Assembly: GCA_963806855.1 (NCBI GenBank)
Contig: CAWDYW010000001.1
Span: 800,001 to 864,000 of the forward strand
DNA length: 64,000 nt
Direction: 5' to 3'
From: an uncultured Verrucomicrobiae bacterium
Lineage (GTDB): Bacteria > Chlamydiota > Chlamydiia > Chlamydiales > Rhabdochlamydiaceae
Shown: one piece after another, positions 53,021-63,198 of the stretch
How positions within the stretch are numbered: position 1 is the first letter of the stretch
Layout of the letters: each line of letters opens with the position of its first letter
Translations under genes and position numbers: made by a program
Notes under the pieces: model-generated
Seen by the model: the letters and a program-made list of their open reading frames with translations, nothing else
What the model was told of the DNA's origin: nothing
The model's database searches: none

Positions 53021-53674
53021 CTAAGCTCTATTTACATATTTATAGAGCTGCTCTGTTCGGGCAATCACACTGGATAAGCCATGCTCATTTAGAACTTCCT
53101 TTAGGTCGTCTACGGTCATCCCTTCTTTAGCAAGTTCTACAATAACGAGTTTTAGGTTTTTCCTATCTGCGCGATAGGCAAGGTACCCTTCATCGGCGCA
53201 TAGCTCGTCGCGAATATTTTGAAAAAGTTCAGCACTTCTAATTATATCCTCTGCAGTAAAATACTGGGCCGCTTCTTCTGTGAAACGTTTAGCGATCACA
53301 TCAAATTTTTTTTCCGTGTCCCATTTGCTTTCCCAGTCGAGAATCTTGTCATATGCCTTCGGTGCTAGTTCTCTAATCTCTTCTACAAGAGCTTGCATTT
53401 CTTCAGGAGAGTCAGAGTGTTGGGCTCTAAATGCAGCATAAGCTTGAAAGAAACTATGTTTTACTTCATTTAGGGGGATCTCTTTCTCTGCATAAAAGTC
53501 CTGTTTTTCAGAATAAATTCTTGCACAATTAATAAATCGGTCGAGTGGCAGGTTCTCTGAAAAAAACTCTGATTCCTGTCTGTTGCCACCTTCATTGAAC
53601 GAGTCAGGTTCTGTTGCTTCGAGGGTGCCGTAAAGCGCTGTAAGCATCACGAGGCCTAATATTTTGCTTTTCAT
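53021..53674 (-). CDS. Hypothetical exported protein
   Basis: Signal peptide, GGAG RBS, helical composition. Confidence 0.7.
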   Translation of the reverse strand: MKSKILGLVMLTALYGTLEATEPDSFNEGGNRQESEFFSENLPLDRFINCARIYSEKQDFYAEKEIPLNEVKHSFFQAYAAFRAQHSDSPEEMQALVEEIRELAPKAYDKILDWESKWDTEKKFDVIAKRFTEEAAQYFTAEDIIRSAELFQNIRDELCADEGYLAYRADRKNLKLVIVELAKEGMTVDDLKEVLNEHGLSSVIARTEQLYKYVNRA

Positions 53675-53774
53675 TTTAAATCTCCATTTCGATTTCTAAA
53701 AAAGAATACTAACATTAGCGATCCTTTTGGAAATTTTATATCGGTTGTCTTTTTTTAAGTCCAACGATTACTGA

Positions 53775-54743
53775 CTACAACAACACAACAGCAGAACCAG
53801 AAATTCGTCCGGCTTTTAGATCGCCGATTGCATCGTTCACTTTTTCCAATGGGTAGGTGGTCACTTGCGTCTTCACGGGGATTTTGGCGGCCAAGCTTAA
53901 AAATTCTTCCCCATCTTGGCGTGTCAAATTGGCAACAGAGCGCAGGACCCGCTCTCCCCACAAAATCTCATAGGGAAAAGCTGGAATCGTACTCATATGG
54001 ATGCCTGCGCAGATCACGACGCCCCCTTTGCGCACTGCTTTGAGGGCGAGGGGAACGAGCGGGCCGACAGGGGCAAAGATAATCGCCGCATCGAGCTCAT
54101 CGGGTGGGGCAGCTTCGGAATCTCCTGCCCATACGGCGCCGAGTTTTTTCGCTTCGTTTTGGCCCTCTAAATCTCCCTTGCGGGTGAAGGCATAGATCTG
54201 CTGCTTACGAAAGTTGGCCACTTGGATGAGCAAATGGGCGGCGGCGCCAAAGCCATAAAAGCCGATTTTTTTTGCGTTACCAGCCATTTTTAAGGAGCGG
54301 TAGCCGAGCATCCCGGCGCAAAGGAGCGGGGCAACTTGCACTGGATCCCCCTGCAAAGGGAAAATGAACTCTTCATAGGCGCAGGTATATTCAGCGAACC
54401 CACCATTCATGGTGTAGCCGGTGAATTGGGGATTATCACATAGATTCTCTTCGTGGTTTTGGCAGTAGGGGCAGGCGCCGCAGCTTTTTCCAAGCCAGGG
54501 GACGCCGACTAAATCGCCTTTCTGAAACCGTTTGGAGGGGGAATCGATGATGCCGACAATCTGGTGGCCCATGATGAGAGGCAGTGGGGGAGGAGGCAAT
54601 TCGCCATCGAGGATGTGCAGATCGGTTCGACAGACCGCGCACGCTTGCACTTTGATCCGCACTTGTCCAGGCTGAAGGGTTGGGATCGGGATGTCACTTA
54701 AGACAAGTGGGCTGCCGATTTTTGTAAGGAGCATCGCCTTCAT
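53775..54743 (-). CDS. Zinc-dependent alcohol dehydrogenase family protein
   Basis: CRTDLH, GHQIVG, CGACPYC...C and YGFGAAAH motifs. Confidence 0.92.
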   Translation of the reverse strand: MKAMLLTKIGSPLVLSDIPIPTLQPGQVRIKVQACAVCRTDLHILDGELPPPPLPLIMGHQIVGIIDSPSKRFQKGDLVGVPWLGKSCGACPYCQNHEENLCDNPQFTGYTMNGGFAEYTCAYEEFIFPLQGDPVQVAPLLCAGMLGYRSLKMAGNAKKIGFYGFGAAAHLLIQVANFRKQQIYAFTRKGDLEGQNEAKKLGAVWAGDSEAAPPDELDAAIIFAPVGPLVPLALKAVRKGGVVICAGIHMSTIPAFPYEILWGERVLRSVANLTRQDGEEFLSLAAKIPVKTQVTTYPLEKVNDAIGDLKAGRISGSAVVLL

Positions 54744-54789
54744 AAGACCTCTTGCAATTTATTCTCTGTATACCCATATTTTCTATTAT

Positions 54790-55383
54790 ATGGGTAAGAT
54801 TTTTAAGAGGGGCTTCATTGCGCTGGCCCCCGTTGCAATCAGTATCGCGATCATCATTTGGCTATTACGTGTTCTCGAAGATATTTTTCGAGTTCCATTA
54901 AAGTGGCTTGTGGGTGACTACTACTTTCCAGGCATGGGAATTGCAGTTGCTTTTGTCTTCATTTTCTGCTTTGGAATTGTCGTCAACAACTACCTCATTC
55001 AGAAGGGGACGCAGTTGATGGACAAGCTTTTTGTCAAAATCCCTCTCTTCAAAACGATCTATACTTCAATCGGCGATTTGATGAGCTATTTCCATAAGGA
55101 CCCTGCAAAAGGGGGACGGATGGTTGTCGTTGAGATCGAATCGATGCGCTTTTTAGCGATTGTGACCAGAGAAGATTTTAAGGATCTACCCGAAGGATTT
55201 GGCGGGGATGATCGGATCACGATTTTTATCCCATTCAGCTATCAGATCGGCGGGTTCACCACAACTGTTCTTCGCTCTAAGGTCCAGCCTATCAACATGT
55301 CTGTCGAACAGGGGATGCGCTTCATCGTCACCGCTGGGATGACCTCAGCTAAGAATAGTAAATCGGAACAGAAGCCTACCTAA
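54790..55383 (+). CDS. DUF502 family membrane protein
   Basis: KIPLFKTIY, FIPFS...GF and MSVEQGMRFIVTAG motifs. Confidence 0.85.
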   Translation: MGKIFKRGFIALAPVAISIAIIIWLLRVLEDIFRVPLKWLVGDYYFPGMGIAVAFVFIFCFGIVVNNYLIQKGTQLMDKLFVKIPLFKTIYTSIGDLMSYFHKDPAKGGRMVVVEIESMRFLAIVTREDFKDLPEGFGGDDRITIFIPFSYQIGGFTTTVLRSKVQPINMSVEQGMRFIVTAGMTSAKNSKSEQKPT

Positions 55384-56059
55384 GGTTGGTGACGGTTTTC
55401 CAGTACTTGGCGGGAGGGTCTACACGCCCTGTTCCACCTAGCTTGGCGCGAACATCCATCAAAATGTTACCCAATTGATTTTGCCCAGTTCCATCGTGAT
55501 CATCACCCCAGAAGTTATCGCGTCCTTTCTTAGGGAGATGCTCGACGAGATAGGCCGAACCGGTTGATAAGAGGGAGGAGCGTAGGATGGGATCTTTGAA
55601 TTTTGCTTGCAAGACTTCTGACATCACAGTTAGGCTTCGTTTAAACCATTTATTCTTTGATTCGTCATCGGTTGGTTGATTGCTCTGCGCCAGCTGCCAG
55701 GCTTGATGCCCATCGAGGTTTTCAAATTCTCTCATTCTCTCAGGATTACGATCGAATTTTTGTGCTTGGAATGCAGCCTCAGCACACTGGTAAGTTCGAT
55801 CTCTATAGGTGAGCGGAGCGATGTGAAAATTGCCCAAGAGTGCAGTAGTCGGATTCTCCTCTTTTTTGTAGAACCAGACAAAACCATCCCGTTTTGCAAA
55901 AAACTCGAAGCAAGAGGGGTTTGTGGGGGCAAAGAGCCGGCTGATTAGCACTAGAGCTGCAGCGGCAACTGCTCCGATGAGAAGACTACCGGTCAGCAGG
56001 GTTGTCGCGACCCCAACCGTAGTGGCGATGATAGCGGATTGAATAGGTGTGATTTCCAT
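55376..56059 (-). CDS. NADAR (YbiA-like) domain protein with hydrophobic N-terminus
   Basis: EAAFQAQKF, AKF, LVE, D.FWG and GQNQLG.ILM.VR motifs. Confidence 0.88.
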   Translation of the reverse strand: MEITPIQSAIIATTVGVATTLLTGSLLIGAVAAAALVLISRLFAPTNPSCFEFFAKRDGFVWFYKKEENPTTALLGNFHIAPLTYRDRTYQCAEAAFQAQKFDRNPERMREFENLDGHQAWQLAQSNQPTDDESKNKWFKRSLTVMSEVLQAKFKDPILRSSLLSTGSAYLVEHLPKKGRDNFWGDDHDGTGQNQLGNILMDVRAKLGGTGRVDPPAKYWKTVTNLR

Positions 56060-56166
56060 AGGGAGTATTTTATATTTTTTTATAATAAAATGAAATTCAA
56101 ATATTTTTTATATTTGTAATAATGCTGAGTTTGTATTATCATAGATGTAATCTTGAGGTATTGATA

Positions 56167-56922
56167 ATGTTAAACAATATATTGGTTTTATTTGCTTTTA
56201 CTATGCTATCTTCTAATGAATCAGTTAAGGATTTTGAAGAAAAATTTAAGGTGGTCGAGCCTGTAAAAGATTTATCTCACAAACAGCAGTTCGCTCATTT
56301 TGCCCACAATAACCCATGTGTTTTAAAAGCTTATGCCCGCTTTGAAAATGCGCTCAGGAATAGCAATTTAAAGGAAAGCGAAATCACTACGATTCTCGAT
56401 GCGGTGGTATTTGCCGCAGAAAAACATCGATTTCAGGTCAGAAAAAATGCTGAGCACGTCCCTTATATCATCCATCCGATCGGCGTCGCCTATAATATTT
56501 TAACGATCGCTAAATTATCCGATCCCAAGGTGCTGACCGCAGCTGTGCTCCACGATACAGTGGAAGATACCGATACAACTTATGCCGAAATTCGGGAGCG
56601 ATTTGGCCCTGAGGTGGAAAGCTATGTCCAAGAACTCACCGATGAGACACAGCTGCCGCAAAAAACAAGAAAAGATCTCCAAATCATCAATGCCTCCCAC
56701 AAGTCAAAAGGGGCGGCTTACATTAAGCTGTCTGACAAGCTCTATAATTTAACCGATATTGCGACAGGTCTCCCTGTAGGATGGACCCAAGAGAGAGCGG
56801 ATGAATATTTCATTTGGGCCAAGCAGGTTGTCGATCAGCTCCCTCCTGTAAGTCCTGAGCTGATCAGTGCGATCGAGCAGATTTCGACTCTTTATTGGAG
56901 CAAAAAGGTGATTAACCCTTAA
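56167..56922 (+). CDS. HD-domain (p)ppGpp hydrolase-like protein (MESH1/SAH type)
   Basis: H..Q.RK...PYIIHP, LHDTVEDT, ELTD and KLSDKLYN motifs. Confidence 0.88.
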   Translation: MLNNILVLFAFTMLSSNESVKDFEEKFKVVEPVKDLSHKQQFAHFAHNNPCVLKAYARFENALRNSNLKESEITTILDAVVFAAEKHRFQVRKNAEHVPYIIHPIGVAYNILTIAKLSDPKVLTAAVLHDTVEDTDTTYAEIRERFGPEVESYVQELTDETQLPQKTRKDLQIINASHKSKGAAYIKLSDKLYNLTDIATGLPVGWTQERADEYFIWAKQVVDQLPPVSPELISAIEQISTLYWSKKVINP

Positions 56923-58348
56923 TCACCAGACGGGGTTTTAGACGGGCCACTTTCCCAGCTAATTTGGCCTCTTCAACCGCGTCGACCACTTTGTCGACAT
57001 CTTTGTAGGCATCGGGCATCTCTTCTGCAACGGTTCTTCCAGAACTTGCCATCACTGTCTACCCCTTGACTGTGCATGTAATCGAAAATGTCTCGCCCTC
57101 TCCACGATTTTGATGATTTGATGCGGCTGCGGGCCCGCCCGGCCCCATGGCAGGAGCTGCACCATGTGAGGGGATTGCCCAGCCCGACCATCAGATGGCT
57201 GGCCCGCCCCATATCGCCCGGAACGAGGACCGGCTGTCCTGTTTTTCTAAAAAGGGGATTGAGCTCTTCCGCACCTGGACCAAATGCCCGTGTCGCCCCT
57301 TTTCGGTGAACGCAGAGGCGCCGTTTTTTTCCGTCGACATCATGGGTTTCGAATTTGGCGATGTTGTGGCACACATCGTAGATGAGCCGAATGAGGTGGG
57401 GCTGTATTCCCAATACGTCATGAAACGCTTGACGCACCTCGTGAAGGATCATTGCTGCCGATTATTGAAGGCGAAGTTGGCTGCCATCGCCATCGCTTGA
57501 AAGTAGTGTGGTCCCATCGGCAGAGTTGATCGGTGCGGCGACGAGCTGCGGATCGGGGAGTCCTTCGGCATAGCCTTTGCCAATGAAGTGGTCGAGAGTA
57601 TCTTGGCAAACTTGATGACCAAAACCGCGCGAGCCGGAGTGGATCAGGATGTAAGCTGTCCCTTTTCCACCCCCCAGGCTTTGGGCGATATCAGGAAGGT
57701 AAGATCTGCTCGATCTCGCCGATTTCGACGAAGTGATTCCCAGAGCCGATGGTCCCCAGTTGCGCTTTGCCCCGCTCTTTCGCATATGGTTGAGACGACG
57801 TGAGCTCTGCCTCTTCGATCATCCCGTTGCTCTCAATGTGATCCAAATCTTGTGGCAGTCCAAATCCCTGCTCCACGGACCAAGCGGACTCCTTTTTCGC
57901 CAATTTCTTTAAAATCTCTCTCGAGAGGCCTCGCTTTTTCTGCCCTCGTCCAACGCCTGAAGGGACCAGATCGAAGATCCGCTTGATCAGTCGGCTCTGC
58001 TCTGCCTCCTTCGAGACATGTTCACGTTTCATGGAAACAATAGCAAGACGGACGCCGCAGTTGATGTCATAGCCGACGCCGCCGGGGCTAATGACCCCTG
58101 TCGTCCGGCATCCATCGCCGCCACGCCGCCAATTGGAAAACCATATCCCCAATGGATGTCGGGCATCGCAATGCTATAGCCGACGATCCCAGGCAAATAG
58201 GCGACGTTTCGCACCTGCTCGAGCGGCTTGCTCAATATCGCCGTCTTCATCAGCTCTTCCGTTGCAATGATGAGCCCGGGGACTATCATGCCGGCCTCTT
58301 TTTGAGGGAGCAGATAGGTCGCAGGACCAATTTTTTTAAATTAGACAT
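56912..58348 (-). CDS. rtcB: RNA ligase RtcB (many frameshifts)
   Basis: [51 protein letters not shown] and EEMP.AYK motifs. Confidence 0.92.
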
Positions 58349-59118
58349 CGACGATCATCTCCCAGTCCAGTTCAGGGGTTAATTTGGTGTGGTAGCTGAC
58401 CGCTTTGAAAGGGCATCCAGAGGAGAGGTCGCACTGGGCGATCATCCGATTGAGCTCTTTCACCACTTGATTGAGATCGCCTACAGGCCCTTTTTCGATA
58501 AAAAGAGAGAAATGGAGGAAACTTAAAACTGAGCGCAAGTGCCGCATTCAGATAGAGCTCTGCAGGGTTTTTCCCGCGGACATGAAAGGCGATATCGGCG
58601 GTATGCTCAATCTCAACAAACGGCCGTGTGAAAGGAATTTCCCAAATCGATTTGTAAGTCAAATTCCCGACGCTCTCATAGAGGTGGATCCCAGTCACCA
58701 TGCAGGGCAAGGGTTCAAACCACTTTTCCCACTCTTTTTGGTCAAATGGGGCTCTGGCTAGAGTGATGTGGGGAAGGAAGGGGCGCCTGTCAACAGAGTA
58801 ACCTAAAGATTCTAGCCAATCGAGAACAGTTGTTTGGAAAGTGGCAAGTTGCTGGCCGCCCTCAAGCCAGGAGACGTGCTGGGCGACGACCCGGGTGAGA
58901 AAAAGGAGCTGATCGCAGATGCCGGAGGGGCCGAGAAGAAAAGGGGGCTCGGGGAATTGATCGAGAGCTTTTTCAAGGCTCGAGAAAGGAACATTTCCCA
59001 AAAAGGCCAAGGTGAGATGGCGAGAATTTTCCTCGATCAATCGCCCTTTGGGATTGTTATAGGGCCAGGGCTCCTCTATGGAAAATCCAAAAAAAAGCCT
59101 TTTTTCGTCCTCTTTCAT
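58341..59118 (-). CDS. 2H phosphoesterase (ThpR/LigT-like) fused to archease (one frameshift inside archease)
   Basis: HLTL and HITL motifs, then EHTAD in the same frame; KAVSYH...IVDV* after the shift. Confidence 0.82.
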
Positions 59119-59160
59119 GCCCCAAATCATAAAGAAAATTTTAGGGAGATGTCAATTTTA

Positions 59161-59190
59161 TTGCGAAAAAAGAGACAGATTTAGTATCTT
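59161..59190 (+). promoter_or_regulatory. Probable tRNA operon promoter
   Basis: TTGCGA-18 bp-TATCTT just upstream of tRNA-Ala. Confidence 0.45.
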
Positions 59191-59202
59191 GTTCTCTTCA
59201 TT

Positions 59203-59275
59203 GGGGACTTAGCTTAGCTGGTAGAGCGTCTGATTTGCATTCAGAAGGTCAGGAGTTCGACTCTCCTAGTCTCCA
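59203..59275 (+). tRNA. tRNA-Ala (TGC)
   Basis: GGGGACT acceptor stem with G3.U70, TTTGCAT loop, TTCGACTC. Confidence 0.96.
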
Positions 59276-59281
59276 ATTTTC

Positions 59282-59355
59282 GCGGTTATAGCTCAGTTGG
59301 TTAGAGCGCAACACTGATAATGTTGAGGTCCCAAGTTCAAGTCTTGGTAACCGCA
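59282..59355 (+). tRNA. tRNA-Ile (GAT)
   Basis: GCGGTTA/TAACCGC acceptor stem, CTGATAA loop, GTTCAAG. Confidence 0.95.
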
Positions 59356-59358
59356 TCC

Positions 59359-59865
59359 ATGAAAAAATTACTAGCTTTTCTCTTCCTCCCCCTCCTCTGT
59401 TACGCTGCACAGTTTGATGACCAGGCTACTGGTCTTACATTTGAGATTCCTCCAGGATTTGAGTTGAACGAAGAGGAGAGCGGCGTCGATGAGACAGAGG
59501 GGAGTTGGTGGTATGTTTTCCATAATGGTGAGGAAGGTATTCTCACTCTTGAAATCGATCAGTACGATCATCTCAAATCGCTTCCGGAACACTTCCACCT
59601 GGCCTTAACAGAAGATGAGACTGAGCTGGAAGGGGTTGTCTTTGAGGGGCTGGAATTTAAAAATATCGAGTGTGCAGGAAGAGAATTTACCAAATGCAAA
59701 CTGCGTATTTTGGCGATCTTCGACGAGTACATTGAGCCTCTCTATGTCTGTGATTATCTCTTTGTCGATCAGAATTTCGGCTTCACGATCAGTTTGATGA
59801 AGAAGGAAGAAGAGAGCGAAACGATGATGCTCTCACTCTTAGAGTCCATCAATTTCAAAAAATAA
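59359..59865 (+). CDS. Hypothetical acidic exported protein
   Basis: MKKLLAFLFLPLLCYA signal peptide. Confidence 0.7.
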   Translation: MKKLLAFLFLPLLCYAAQFDDQATGLTFEIPPGFELNEEESGVDETEGSWWYVFHNGEEGILTLEIDQYDHLKSLPEHFHLALTEDETELEGVVFEGLEFKNIECAGREFTKCKLRILAIFDEYIEPLYVCDYLFVDQNFGFTISLMKKEEESETMMLSLLESINFKK

Positions 59866-59950
59866 ATTTTGGAGGGAATTGCAATTCCTCCTTGGCAAAA
59901 AATTCCCAATTCCTCAAACTTCAGAGATTTTAAAAAACTGAAGGGTAATC

Positions 59951-60478
59951 ATGAAGGCATTTTTTTTAGCATTGATATTGAGTTTTGGAGCATTTGCAGG
60001 TGAACTTTATCGCGATGAAGCGATCGATTTAGAGATGCAAGTCCCAGACTCGCTCAAGCGGACATGGAACATCTTCAATACCCAAACGGGTTTGTCCCTT
60101 ACTGTCTTTAATACGGATGATGAAGAGACTAATGTGCTTTTAATTGCAAAAATCCCCCTCACAGTCATCCCTGAAGAGGAGGCGATCGATGTTCTTCAAG
60201 TGTTGCTAGATGAATTTTGTAGCGACATCACAATCGAAAATCAATACTATTTAGAAGAACTTTCCCCAATTTCTTCCGATTTTTCGCACCATTTTCGTCT
60301 TCATATCTTTGAAGAAGAGATTGAAGAGCCGATCCTGATGGATCTAAATCTCTTTTTTAGGAATGGCTACTCCTGCGTCATTTTGACCGGGGGACTCGAT
60401 TCCAAAAATTCAGATGATCTCGACGAGTTTTCTGAAAATATGATGAGCAATATCAGGTTTGTGGAAGCAGGGCAGTGA
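59951..60478 (+). CDS. Hypothetical acidic exported protein
   Basis: Signal peptide; same layout as the preceding gene. Confidence 0.7.
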   Translation: MKAFFLALILSFGAFAGELYRDEAIDLEMQVPDSLKRTWNIFNTQTGLSLTVFNTDDEETNVLLIAKIPLTVIPEEEAIDVLQVLLDEFCSDITIENQYYLEELSPISSDFSHHFRLHIFEEEIEEPILMDLNLFFRNGYSCVILTGGLDSKNSDDLDEFSENMMSNIRFVEAGQ

Positions 60479-61077
60479 AGAGGCTATTCCTCATTATTCT
60501 CCTCTGTTTGGGAGTCTGTCTCCATGGCGCAGAGAGGCAATGGATCATTTTAACCGGCGGGCCAGGGGTTGGCAAAACATCGCTCGTCAACCATTTTGCC
60601 AGGCATGGCTATCCTGTGATCAATGAGGCAGCGACCGATCTGATCAGAGAAAGATTGGCAGAGAAGATCGAGCAACCCTGGAACCAAGATGGTTTCAATA
60701 TGAGCGTACTGGAGTTGCTGATCCATAGACAATCAAATGTTGAGGTGCGAGAGGCGAATGTGGTCTTTATGGATCGTTCTCCCGTCGATGTGCTCACCTA
60801 TTCCTTTCTCCAAAAAGACAGAGCCCACGATCAAATCACAGCCCTAGTCGACAATCTCGTCGCCAGTCAGCTCTATCACAAGAAGGTGTTTCTGATCGAG
60901 AATTTAGGCAACTGTGAGCAAAATGATGTGCGGCCTGAAACTCTAGAAGAGACCCTCCGCATCGAAAGCCATATTGAAGACCATTATCGAAGATACAATT
61001 TCGAAGTGGTTCGGATCCCATCTGCCTCAATTGAAGAGCGGGCCCATCTTATTTTGAAGCATCTTGAACTAAATTGA
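60475..61077 (+). CDS. AAA_28/NadR-like P-loop NTPase with signal peptide
   Basis: TGGPGVGKTS, E.A, DRS..D and R.E motifs. Confidence 0.8.
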   Translation: MKRLFLIILLCLGVCLHGAERQWIILTGGPGVGKTSLVNHFARHGYPVINEAATDLIRERLAEKIEQPWNQDGFNMSVLELLIHRQSNVEVREANVVFMDRSPVDVLTYSFLQKDRAHDQITALVDNLVASQLYHKKVFLIENLGNCEQNDVRPETLEETLRIESHIEDHYRRYNFEVVRIPSASIEERAHLILKHLELN

Positions 61078-61109
61078 ATTCCTAATTGAGCAACAACTCT
61101 ACAGGGCAC

Positions 61110-61194
61110 AACGATGAGAATGATACAATGATAAGAATGATAAAAAAAATGAAAAAACCCCTATCGTTCTTATCGTTGTATCGTTCCAATCGTT
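61110..61194. terminator. Long imperfect hairpin of 9-bp units between convergent genes
   Basis: aacgatgagaatgatacaatgataagaatgata pairs with tatcgttcttatcgttgtatcgttccaatcgtt. Confidence 0.65.
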
Positions 61195-61213
61195 TCTTCG
61201 TCTAATGCCTTAA

Positions 61214-62152
61214 TTAATCAGGAACTTTTTCCGCGGAAGACGTTTTCTTGAAGTAACCCTGTTTCAGTTCGGCATGGTAGAAAATCCAAAGGCCGACGGA
61301 GACAATCCCTGTCGAGAGGAAAATCTGCCATGAGGGGCTTTCGCCTATGAAGATCCAGGCGGTGATCGAGGCGAAAATGGGGCTGAGAATCCCCATGAAT
61401 GAGAGGAATGTCGCAGTGAAGCGGCGGAGCATCATTCCGTAGACATTGTAGCAGATGATGTTGTAGAGGAGGGTCATCCCAATCGTACCGGTGAGGAAGG
61501 GGGACATTGACCCTGCTGCAACGGGCACTGGGCTCCAGCTATCGACAAGCATTGAGGCGGCAAGAGCCATCGACCCGCCGATGAACATGCTGCTCCCATT
61601 GGCCATGATGGGGGAGACCGCATTATCTTTCACCACAAGGCGCAAAATCACCCATCCATACACTGAAAAGAGAGCTGCTCCGATGATCGCAAGCGTCGGC
61701 CAAGAGAAGAAGGCGAAGGCGTTGAGGAGCTCCTCAGATCCAGTTTGAGCCATGAAGACAGGCGTCATGCCGAGAAAGCCGATGGTCAGGCCGATCCATT
61801 TGGCCTTCGTCATTTTTTCGCGGAAGTGGATGTAGGAGAAAAGGGCAGCGAGGAAAGGGGAGAGGCTATAGATGAAGCAGGTCTTGGCCGCCGAGAGATA
61901 TTGCAATCCCCAAAACTCTAATATATTGGTGAGGAAGATGGTAAAGAGCGCGAGAAATCCGATCGAAATCCACTGACTCCGATTGAGTTTAAATTCAGAG
62001 CGGCGGCGGATGGCTAAAAAGCCGAGCATCAGCACGCCAGCTAAGAGCATGCGCGTCGCAGTGAGAAATAGGGGTGTGGAGAAGGCGAGCATCATCTTGC
62101 CAGTGACAAAAAAGCTCGACCAAGTGGCGTATAATAGGACTAACCAAGGCAT
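61214..62152 (-). CDS. DMT/EamA family transporter
   Basis: About 10 TM segments, P.F...R, FREK...KW and IGE motifs. Confidence 0.88.
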   Translation of the reverse strand: MPWLVLLYATWSSFFVTGKMMLAFSTPLFLTATRMLLAGVLMLGFLAIRRRSEFKLNRSQWISIGFLALFTIFLTNILEFWGLQYLSAAKTCFIYSLSPFLAALFSYIHFREKMTKAKWIGLTIGFLGMTPVFMAQTGSEELLNAFAFFSWPTLAIIGAALFSVYGWVILRLVVKDNAVSPIMANGSSMFIGGSMALAASMLVDSWSPVPVAAGSMSPFLTGTIGMTLLYNIICYNVYGMMLRRFTATFLSFMGILSPIFASITAWIFIGESPSWQIFLSTGIVSVGLWIFYHAELKQGYFKKTSSAEKVPD

Positions 62153-62217
62153 ACAACCATTATACCAAAAACCAATTTGAATTGACAATGACAGAAAAAA
62201 TTGATGATAGTAAATCC

Positions 62218-63198
62218 ATGAGAAAAAGAGTCAAAAAAGTGGTTGTCACTGGGGGCGCTGGCCAGATCGCCTATAATCTTTTATTTCGGATTGCCTCGGG
62301 GGAGATGCTCGGCCAAGATCAACCCATTGAGCTCAGAATACTTGAGATTCCAGAGATGATGAAACCTCTCGAAGGGGTGGTGATGGAGCTGGAAGACTGC
62401 GCCTATCCTCTTCTTCAAGGAATTTATACCTCATCCGACCCTTTCGAACTATTTGAAGATGTCGATCTTGCCCTCCTCGTCGGCGCGTGGCCTCGTGGCC
62501 CGGGGATGGAGCGAAAAGATCTGCTGGCTAAGAATGCCCAAATTTTTATTGAGCAGGGGAAAGCACTCAGCGACAAAGCCTCGCCAGGCGTTCTGGTCCT
62601 TGTTGTCGGCAATCCATGCAATACCAATGCACTAATCGCTTTACATCACGCACCCAAAATTGATCCCAAACAGTTCTTCTGCATGACGCGACTCGATCAA
62701 AATCGGGCCAAGACCCTTCTGGCCAAAAAAGCTGGTGTCCCGATCGATGAGGTGACCAGGGTGACGATTTGGGGCAACCACTCGACAACGCAAGTGCCCG
62801 ATTTTGTCCACGCTCGCATCGGAGCAAAGCCAGTCGCCGAGCTCATCAAAGACCAGCAGTGGCTCGATCATGAGTTTATCGAAACGGTCCAAAAGAGGGG
62901 AGCTGTCGTCATCGCAGCGCGAGGGAAATCGTCTGCGGCTTCGGCGGCCAATGCGGCGCTCGATGCAGTGCGCTCGATCATGGAGCCGACTGCAGAAGGG
63001 GATTGGTTCTCAATGGGAGTCTACTCCAATGGAAATCCCTACCATATTCAAAATGATCTGATGTTCTCATTTCCCTGCCGCTCCAAAGGCAATGGAAAAG
63101 TTGAAATCGTCAAGGGCTTAGAGCTCGATCCAGACTTAAAAAGTTTGATCTCCCGATCAGAAAAAGAACTCATTGAAGAGAGGCATCTGATTGGCTAA
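62218..63198 (+). CDS. mdh: Malate dehydrogenase
   Basis: [37 protein letters not shown] and RG.SSAASAA motifs. Confidence 0.95.
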   Translation: MRKRVKKVVVTGGAGQIAYNLLFRIASGEMLGQDQPIELRILEIPEMMKPLEGVVMELEDCAYPLLQGIYTSSDPFELFEDVDLALLVGAWPRGPGMERKDLLAKNAQIFIEQGKALSDKASPGVLVLVVGNPCNTNALIALHHAPKIDPKQFFCMTRLDQNRAKTLLAKKAGVPIDEVTRVTIWGNHSTTQVPDFVHARIGAKPVAELIKDQQWLDHEFIETVQKRGAVVIAARGKSSAASAANAALDAVRSIMEPTAEGDWFSMGVYSNGNPYHIQNDLMFSFPCRSKGNGKVEIVKGLELDPDLKSLISRSEKELIEERHLIG

